NCBI GenBank assembly: GCA_964477445.1
Contig: CAYZED010000004.1
Location: 16,180-80,179 of the forward strand
DNA: 64,000 bases
Direction: 5' to 3'
From: an uncultured Clostridiaceae bacterium
GTDB taxonomy: Bacteria; Bacillota; Clostridia; Lutisporales; Lutisporaceae
Part shown: piece by piece, positions 57,631 to 64,000 of the stretch
Layout: every line of letters starts with the position of its first letter
Numbering within the stretch: position 1 is the stretch's first letter
Translations under genes and position numbers: made by a program
Notes under the pieces: generated by a model
What the model saw: only the letters and a program-made list of their open reading frames with translations
Told to the model about the DNA's origin: nothing
The model's database searches: none

Positions 57631-59682
57631 TCACATTCTTTCCGTCAATTTATTTATAAACTCATTATCATCATTGTACTGCAATGACTTCAAAATTTCA
57701 TGTGCTGAAATATCTTTCTTTGAGATTTCTTTGATTCTTTCATATAACCCGTCCTCTTTAAGTAACCACGACTTTTGATTATCTTTAAGATAGAGTTCAA
57801 GAGTTAATATAATTCTTTTCTTCATGAGTTCTTCTTCTATTGGAAACATTAATTCGATTCGTCTATCAAGGTTTCGCGTCATCCAATCTGCACTTGAGAG
57901 AAAAACTTTCGGCTTACCGTCATTGTTAAAAGTATAAATTCTTGAATGTTCTAAAAATTCTCCAATTATACTAACAACCCTAATATTTTCGCTTAACCCT
58001 TTTCTTCCAGGCACAAGACAACATATGCCTCTGATAATTAAATCAATTTTAACCCCTGCAATAGAGGCTTCATAGAGTTTTTCAATTATTCCTTTGTCTG
58101 CTAGTGAATTCAGCTTCGCCGTTATTCTGGCTTCACGACCCGATTTAGCAATTTTTATTTCATGGTCAATTAATTCATAAAAGCTACTTCTTAAGTTATA
58201 CGGTGAAATTCTTAGAACGTGAGTATTAATCTCGTCAGAGAATCCCGATATCATATTAAAAAACATAGATGCTTCAGATCCATAACTCTCTTTTGCTGTA
58301 ATTAGACTCATGTCCGTATATAGTTTTGCAGTTTGGTCATTATAATTTCCGGTGCCGAGATGAACATATCTCTTAATTTTGTGTTTTTCTTGACGCACTA
58401 TCAATGTAATTTTTGAATGAGTTTTCAGACCAAAAAGTCCGTAAATAACATGCGCGCCTTTCTGTTCTAGCTGTTTAGCCCAACCAATATTATTTTCTTC
58501 GTCAAATCTTGCCATTAACTCAAGAAGAACAGTAACTTGTTTTCCTTTTTCCGCAGCTTCTACCAGTGCTTTTACTATTTCAGAGTTGCCACTTACTCTA
58601 TACAGTGTTTGTTTAATAGCAAGAACATGTGGATCTTGACTTGCGGTTCTAATCAAGTCAATTACAGTGTCAAAACTTTCATATGGATGATGTAAAAAAA
58701 CATCTTTCTCTTTAATTGCTTTAAAAATACTTTTCTTTTCAAAATTCGGTATTTTCTTCGGAATATATGCCGCCTTCGAAAGTCCCGAAATATTTTTTGG
58801 TGCTTTAAACTTAAACCAAAGTTTTTTGTCCATAACTCCTGAAATTTTATATACTTGTCTATGTTCCATATGAAAAGCTGCCATCAGTGTATTCTCAAAC
58901 CAAGCGTCAGCATCGTCAGAAAGTTCAAGACGGATGGCTTCTCCCCATTTTCTTAACTTAACTGCTTCCTCAATTACATTAAGGAGCGCGTCAGCCTCAT
59001 CTTGAAGTAAATTTAAATCTCCGTTTCTAGTTATTCTGAATTGACATGTAGAAAGCACTTCATTCCCAACAAAAAGCTTCTCGATAAATGTTTCAATAAT
59101 ATCCTCGAGCAATAAATATGCATTTTTCTTTTTAACAATCTTTAAAGGAATAAGCCGTTCCAATACACTGGGAACCTCGACTAATGCAAGTCGTTCAACT
59201 TCTCTAACAAGCAATTTAACTGCAATATATAAACTGCCGTTAGAAATTAATGGAAAAGGTCTGCTGAAATCTACTGCCATAGGTGTAAGTACTGGAAAAA
59301 TATCTACTTGAAACATAGTTTGTAATTCTTCCAAAATTTCTTCATCATAAGAATTTTTTCTAATCAAAATTATCGATTTTTCTTCTAGTTTTTTTATGAG
59401 TTCCTCGCAAATTTTTGCTTGTCTCTTCATTAAAGCAGCGATTTGAGAATAAATATCGTTAAAAACTTGGTCCGGAGTAAAACCGGATTGATCTCTGTCG
59501 GTGATTCCAAGATTCATCTCATCTTTAACCGAAGCAACTCTTATCATGAAAAACTCATCTAAATTAGACGAGAAAATTGCATTGAATTTTATTCTTTCTA
59601 ACACCGGCAAAGAATCATCTTCAGCTTGATATAAGACTCTTTCATTAAATTTTAGCCAGCTTAATTCCCTATTAAAATACAT
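57631..59682 (-). CDS. ppk1: polyphosphate kinase 1
   Basis: FNRELSWLKFNERVL opening, autophosphorylated-His context GLKTHSKITLIV, two PLD-like C-terminal domains. The ATG at 59682 follows SD GGGAGG, 1 nt after the upstream stop. Confidence 0.93.
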   Translation of the reverse strand: MYFNRELSWLKFNERVLYQAEDDSLPVLERIKFNAIFSSNLDEFFMIRVASVKDEMNLGITDRDQSGFTPDQVFNDIYSQIAALMKRQAKICEELIKKLEEKSIILIRKNSYDEEILEELQTMFQVDIFPVLTPMAVDFSRPFPLISNGSLYIAVKLLVREVERLALVEVPSVLERLIPLKIVKKKNAYLLLEDIIETFIEKLFVGNEVLSTCQFRITRNGDLNLLQDEADALLNVIEEAVKLRKWGEAIRLELSDDADAWFENTLMAAFHMEHRQVYKISGVMDKKLWFKFKAPKNISGLSKAAYIPKKIPNFEKKSIFKAIKEKDVFLHHPYESFDTVIDLIRTASQDPHVLAIKQTLYRVSGNSEIVKALVEAAEKGKQVTVLLELMARFDEENNIGWAKQLEQKGAHVIYGLFGLKTHSKITLIVRQEKHKIKRYVHLGTGNYNDQTAKLYTDMSLITAKESYGSEASMFFNMISGFSDEINTHVLRISPYNLRSSFYELIDHEIKIAKSGREARITAKLNSLADKGIIEKLYEASIAGVKIDLIIRGICCLVPGRKGLSENIRVVSIIGEFLEHSRIYTFNNDGKPKVFLSSADWMTRNLDRRIELMFPIEEELMKKRIILTLELYLKDNQKSWLLKEDGLYERIKEISKKDISAHEILKSLQYNDDNEFINKLTERM

Positions 59683-59683
59683 A

Positions 59684-61186
59684 CTAAGCCTCCCTGAGTA
59701 AAAGATTAATGCCAAAAGTTCTTACAAAGTTCTCCCTAGCAAACTCGAAACTCATTTCCTCTAATGTAATATCTTGTTTTCTGATATAAAAAATCGTCAG
59801 GTTGTCTTCGTCTAGTTCAACTGACTGAATCACAATCTTTTGTTTTTTACTTTTATCTAGTGCGTCACAAACAGACAAAATAGAAGAAAGTTTAAAGACA
59901 CTACTATAACTTTCTTCAGGAACTCCGTCTAGTTCAAGCTCTAATTGTTTTGTTTCTGAACTTGAAATGAATTTGCACGCATGTGCAACTGTCATAATTT
60001 CAGCCCTTGTAACTCCGAGAATATTCAAGTTGCTAATTTTGTCATAAGAAGTTATTAAATAATCTTTAATACGAGTATATTTACCAATTTCATGGAGTAT
60101 TGCGCTAAGTCTTAATAACATTTTATCTCTGTCTGAAAATGAGAATTCCGTCTGAAGCGCCTCAAAAATAGTAATACCATTTTTTTCAATACTTTTTAAA
60201 TGTGCCTCTGAACTTTTATAACGTCGGCTAATTTCCCATGCCAAACTATAAATATCTTGATTAAACACATTATATTTCTTTAGTTTATAATCTTTCTCGA
60301 TGAGTTCTGCCAATATTCCATCTCTTAAAGATATATCTGGTATAAGAACATATTTTGCTTCAGTAATCTGAAAAAATACCGAATAAACTATTATGCTAGG
60401 CACAAATTCGTACCAGTCGATTTCTTCGGATTCAATTTCTGTCCTTAGCTTCATATGATCTTCAATAATGCGATTATATAGCTCTAAAAATGATTTTTTG
60501 TCTATTTTCTCTTCACCTTTAAAAAAATGTCTTATTTTTTTTGCATCGCCACCCAAAGCAATAAAATGCTGTATTTTCTTATTATTTATAGTTTGCCTTA
60601 TATGAGAAGTTCTAGTTTCTATTAATTCTTTCATGATATTTGGGTAATCCACAGAACGACATTCAAGATCCTTAAGATCCCATTTCAAAATCTTTGTTCC
60701 CATTCGAATTTCGTCATTCTTTACCATTCGATTTGCAATATACATACTTATATCGCATCCGCCAGAGTTAATTTCAACTATTAACGAGCTTTTCCTAATC
60801 TCTTTAAAGTCCTGAACATTATCTCGAATAGATTTATATGTAAGAAATTTCTCAATGGTATCTTCTATTATCTCAAGCTTTAATCCGGTCCTCATTTTAA
60901 CTAGCTCTACTACGCTTCTGCCGTTACTGGCCTCTCTCATAGCGCTCGTGCCAACAGCTCTATAGTTTTGGACCTTATATTCATCCATAAGTTTCTTAAA
61001 AAATTTAAAAATTCCAATAATCTCTTTAACTGTTTCATTTTTAATATAAAGATGTTCATATACATCGTCTCCAAGCGAAATATCTTTAGTTATATCCTCC
61101 AATATTTCTATCTTACTTTGAGTATACTGAACAACCTTAAACCTAATGGCATTTGATCCCAAATCGATAGCGGCGTATAGATGCAT
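59684..61186 (-). CDS. Ppx/GppA-family phosphatase (copy 1, HD motif reads HE)
   Basis: 500 aa. AIDLGSNAIRFKVV, EINSGGCDIS. The C-terminal module reads AILHEIGKY where copy 2 has LHDIG. Confidence 0.8.
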   Translation of the reverse strand: MHLYAAIDLGSNAIRFKVVQYTQSKIEILEDITKDISLGDDVYEHLYIKNETVKEIIGIFKFFKKLMDEYKVQNYRAVGTSAMREASNGRSVVELVKMRTGLKLEIIEDTIEKFLTYKSIRDNVQDFKEIRKSSLIVEINSGGCDISMYIANRMVKNDEIRMGTKILKWDLKDLECRSVDYPNIMKELIETRTSHIRQTINNKKIQHFIALGGDAKKIRHFFKGEEKIDKKSFLELYNRIIEDHMKLRTEIESEEIDWYEFVPSIIVYSVFFQITEAKYVLIPDISLRDGILAELIEKDYKLKKYNVFNQDIYSLAWEISRRYKSSEAHLKSIEKNGITIFEALQTEFSFSDRDKMLLRLSAILHEIGKYTRIKDYLITSYDKISNLNILGVTRAEIMTVAHACKFISSSETKQLELELDGVPEESYSSVFKLSSILSVCDALDKSKKQKIVIQSVELDEDNLTIFYIRKQDITLEEMSFEFARENFVRTFGINLLLREA

Positions 61187-61266
61187 AAAGAAACCTCATT
61201 TCTTATTAATCAAACAAATTCTAATTAGCATTATGCCAATTGTTGCTATACTTTTATAAATTCTAA

Positions 61267-61434
61267 TTACTCTACGTCTTTAATCTTTTTTGGCTTGCAA
61301 AGACTATCTTCGTCATTTGAGACTCTACCACATTTTTTGCAGATATATTTCGCATCTTTAATTAATTCTATATACTCTTTTATATTTTCTTCTAAATAAT
61401 CATCTTTAACTAACTTACATAAAGTTTTTCCCAT
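61267..61434 (-). CDS. candidate 55-aa Cys4 miniprotein (MGKTLCKLVKDDYLEENIKEYIELIKDAKYICKKCGRVSNDEDSLCKPKKIKDVE)
   Basis: Below the ORF-track cut-off. SD GGAGGA lies 6 nt upstream. Fills the gap between the HD-CHAD gene and ppx. C6, CxxC (32/35) and C46 could bind one zinc. Confidence 0.5.
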   Translation of the reverse strand: MGKTLCKLVKDDYLEENIKEYIELIKDAKYICKKCGRVSNDEDSLCKPKKIKDVE

Positions 61435-61461
61435 ACCAAATCCTCCGTATTTTAATACTTT

Positions 61462-62853
61462 TCACGAAAGTCTCTTTTCCATCATGAATAACAAAATTCC
61501 CAATTCAGCTCTAACCGTCTCATATTCATCAGATTCTCTACCTTTGTATCGCATAGCTAGTTCTTCATTTGACTTAAAAGGCTCATGGCTCTTCAAATAT
61601 TCCCAACTTTCCTTAATATCATTTAAATCTCCAAGTGTATCATGCAATCTTAATAAAAGCGTATAATCTTTATCGTTTACAAATTCAAAAATCCCATCCT
61701 CAATAAAATACTTTAACTTCTTTCCTATGATTCTTAGTTGATGCAAATTTTTAGATTTTTTTTTCTGTTTCTTCTGTTCTGCCTTAGAATAATTAATAGC
61801 TGCAATAAATATTTTTTTATATTTTATAAGAAATTTATACGGACTAATTTTTAAGCCACTTAATGCAACAGAAATCGATTCAACCGTCTCATCAATTTCA
61901 GCGAAAGCATCCAAATCAAATTCCTTTTTCAAATTATCAATTGCCATTTCCCTTAAATATACATCTTCATGTTCGATAATATCTTTAACCATTTCGTATG
62001 CTTCGAACTTTTTAACATATTTCTTCACAACGCTAATCTTTCTTGTTTTCTCTAAATTTAGAAAAGTGAGTTTTAAAATCTTTTCAATCCACATTATTTT
62101 TTTCTCAATGCCAGTTATTTCAATTCCTTTAACCTTTTTCTTAAGCAAACCTAATATAGTTCTCATCTTCCTTAGTGATATTCTTAGCTCTTTGATTTCT
62201 CTGCTATCTTCTGTTTCAAATGGTTCCAAAGAATTTGAGATATCTTTAAAGTAATCGCTATCCGATTTTTTGTCTTTTTCTGATAGTTTCATGAGTTTAT
62301 TCTTTAGATTTAACCACGAATTCCGTAGAACTTGTGAAAAATCAGTCTCACTTATTAAAAAAAGTTCAGCTGGTGGTATCAAAGCGTTTTCAGCTCTAAA
62401 GAGTTCAAATGGTCTATCTGATAAATCCATTCCTTCTTTAAGGTGAGCCATACTATCAGCATCTTTCAATGCCTCCGAATACTTGTCATGAATTTTCTCT
62501 TTCTTGCTGTGGTTCTTTATAGTCGCTTGAACTTTACCAATAATTTTTTTATTAACATTTAATTTCTTAAGAATATTTTTTGCTAAATCTGCACCCTTTT
62601 CTCCATGTTTTTTTCCATTAAAATTAAGATAATATCTCCCTGAATCATGTAAATATGCAGAATAAAGCGCAACATCCATATTTAAGTCGCGTTCTTTCGC
62701 TATTTTCGAAATAAAAAAAACTACATTTCTCATGTGTTCCAATTCAAAATCTGGAGAATTTGATACAATAGCACTACCCTCCGACCAACCACTTAGCCAA
62801 GCCAGTTTTAAGCGATTAGATTTTCTTTTGAAATTTTCTTTATAAATATTCAT
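61462..62853 (-). CDS. HD-domain / CHAD-domain fusion protein
   Basis: 463 aa. N-terminal HD phosphohydrolase motifs (H..YLHDSGRY, KNHSK). C-terminal two-lobed helical CHAD pattern (ELRISLRKMRTILG and LHQLRIIGKKLKYFIE). Confidence 0.7.
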   Translation of the reverse strand: MNIYKENFKRKSNRLKLAWLSGWSEGSAIVSNSPDFELEHMRNVVFFISKIAKERDLNMDVALYSAYLHDSGRYYLNFNGKKHGEKGADLAKNILKKLNVNKKIIGKVQATIKNHSKKEKIHDKYSEALKDADSMAHLKEGMDLSDRPFELFRAENALIPPAELFLISETDFSQVLRNSWLNLKNKLMKLSEKDKKSDSDYFKDISNSLEPFETEDSREIKELRISLRKMRTILGLLKKKVKGIEITGIEKKIMWIEKILKLTFLNLEKTRKISVVKKYVKKFEAYEMVKDIIEHEDVYLREMAIDNLKKEFDLDAFAEIDETVESISVALSGLKISPYKFLIKYKKIFIAAINYSKAEQKKQKKKSKNLHQLRIIGKKLKYFIEDGIFEFVNDKDYTLLLRLHDTLGDLNDIKESWEYLKSHEPFKSNEELAMRYKGRESDEYETVRAELGILLFMMEKRLS

Positions 62854-62985
62854 ATATTCCCTTTCACAAGTAGTATTAATTTGTGTCTAATCTTATCGTA
62901 ATTTTCAGAGAAAAAGTAAATTAATTAACAAAAACTTATATAAAACATCACTTTGCACAAATATGCATGCATATATATATAACAT

Positions 62986-62994
62986 ATTATAGCA
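62986..62994 (-). promoter_or_regulatory. candidate extended -10 promoter (TGcTATAAT) of the polyphosphate operon
   Basis: Minus strand AAATGCTATAATATG. No good -35. A perfect 14-bp palindrome ATATGCATGCATAT (62961-62974) lies just downstream. Confidence 0.4.
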
Positions 62995-63053
62995 TTTATT
63001 TGTTAAGAAAATATTAATAGCTTCAATGTTTCAATCATTTTCAGTAATTTCTC

Positions 63054-63086
63054 AAACGAAAAACCGCCAGATTCGGCGGTTTTTTG
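63054..63086 (-). terminator. intrinsic (bidirectional-looking) terminator after the D-aminoacylase gene
   Basis: AACCGCC-agattc-GGCGGTT flanked by an A-run and a T-run. Confidence 0.8.
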
Positions 63087-63145
63087 CTTAACTTATTCCT
63101 TAATTACTTCAGCATAATTTCGTGCGAAATTACTTCAACTATTCC

Positions 63146-64000
63146 TTAGCTTCTTCTTATAAGTTTTCCAGCTAAAGTACCATTATATAAATTATTTTCT
63201 ACCGCAATCTGCCCATTTACTATTACATAATCTATACCTTCATTTTTTAGTGCATAATCAGCAAAGTCGGCTCTATCAATTATAACTTCCGGATCAAATA
63301 CTGTAATATCAGCATCAAAACCTTCTTTTATTAATCCTTTGTTTTTTAAACCAGCCACAGAAGCTGGAAGTGAAGTCATCTTTCTTATAGCTTCTTCTAA
63401 ACCTAATACTTTGCGCTCTCTTACATATCTTCCGAGTATTCTTGGGCATGTGCCAGTTGATCTCGGCACGTTCCCTATCCCTGGCAAAACCGCCATTCCA
63501 TCAGTCCCCATCATTGTGAGCGGATTGCTCATAATTCTCTCAACATCGCCCTCGTCCATTGAAAAATAAGCCGCAAAAGTTTCAAGTTCATCTTTAACCA
63601 ATATATCAAAGAAAACTTCAAATTCATCTTTGCCAGTTTCCTTTGCAATTTCCGAAATACGCTTACCTTTATATTCTCCACATTTCGGTGATTCAATTAT
63701 CAAAATACCTGTAAATCCAACACACGCTTTAAATTGGCTAGATGGATCTTCCGCCGCGGCAATATCAGCCTTAATTTCAGCTCTACCTTCTTTTGTACTA
63801 ATTAGAGCTATGAGCCCAGAAGTACCTAATTCATGCCATTTTGGCGGAATTGTAGTTTTTAATGTGGTAGCTCCAGCAATGTAAGGATACTGATCAAAAA
63901 CTATTGAAGCTCCCCTAGCATTGGCTTCTTCGACAAGTTTAATAGTTTCTACAGATTTACCCCAATTAACTTTTCCTGCTATTTTATGATGAGAAATTAC
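63146..64000 (-). CDS. N-acyl-D-amino-acid deacylase (D-aminoacylase) family amidohydrolase, N-terminus beyond window
   Basis: The frame stays open from 63703 to the window edge (VISHHKIAGKVNWGKS..DQYPYIAGATTLKTTIPPKW..). The C-terminal part contains GFDADITVFD. The ORF track lists only the part from an internal Met. Confidence 0.8.
   Translation of the reverse strand, partial: VISHHKIAGKVNWGKSVETIKLVEEANARGASIVFDQYPYIAGATTLKTTIPPKWHELGTSGLIALISTKEGRAEIKADIAAAEDPSSQFKACVGFTGILIIESPKCGEYKGKRISEIAKETGKDEFEVFFDILVKDELETFAAYFSMDEGDVERIMSNPLTMMGTDGMAVLPGIGNVPRSTGTCPRILGRYVRERKVLGLEEAIRKMTSLPASVAGLKNKGLIKEGFDADITVFDPEVIIDRADFADYALKNEGIDYVIVNGQIAVENNLYNGTLAGKLIRRS

Noticed and set aside
63115-63132. 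18-bp palindrome TAATTTCG-TG-CGAAATTA as an operator
   Set aside because: It lies between the stop codon of the D-aminoacylase gene and its terminator, not near any promoter. It is more likely a small 3'-UTR hairpin or chance in AT-rich DNA.

Overview
Low-GC Firmicutes/Clostridia-type chromosomal segment. It is densely coding and mostly housekeeping. I saw no rRNA, tRNA, CRISPR array, transposase, integrase, phage genes or recognisable defence island.

Layout:
- 1-11.3 kb: TPR protein, YvyF-like zinc ribbon, addA/addB with a coupled DUF3343 gene, hflK/hflC.
- 11.4-16.5 kb: uncharacterised two-gene operon, solo LuxR HTH, glutaredoxin-like plus FTR-rubredoxin pair, PAS-GGDEF-EAL protein.
- 16.5-29.2 kb, all minus strand: conserved block rho, rpmE, nrdD, nrdG, DUF1385, prmC, prfA, tsaC, ywlE, rpiB, upp, dCMP deaminase, MTHFR-like.
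- 29.5-44.5 kb: GNAT, BKACE plus class-III aminotransferase, phosphoglucomutase, GtrA, giant double GT-C glycosyltransferase, MacAB-like efflux, FapA, amidohydrolase.
- 44.6-46.6 kb: corA with a long composite leader.
- 46.6-55 kb: Asp racemase, ECF-S-like protein, 2-hydroxyacid dehydrogenase, divergent from a sigma-54 activator, yfcC-like transporter and iadA.
- 55-64 kb: yitT, a polyphosphate locus (HD-CHAD, Cys4 miniprotein, ppx, ppk1, ppx), partial D-aminoacylase.

The most unusual signals are non-coding:
1. The ~580-nt corA leader. It combines an M-box riboswitch and terminator, about 5.7 tandem hairpin-forming 30-35 bp repeats that appear seeded from the terminator U-tract, an MgtL-like Asp/Pro-rich 30-codon leader ORF, and mutually exclusive helices around the corA Shine-Dalgarno. 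CorA itself reads SMN where the family has GMN.
2. Three and a bit tandem ~150-bp copies of an upstream module, plus a 97-bp long inverted repeat, in front of a consensus sigma-54 promoter for yfcC-iadA.

Secondary candidates: the HD-CHAD polyphosphate operon, the FTR-rubredoxin/glutaredoxin pair, the two-in-one GT-C glycosyltransferase, a 45-codon ORF with a perfect promoter and terminator, and a G9 tract at a GNAT ribosome-binding site.

All family assignments come from motif recognition by eye. No database search was run.
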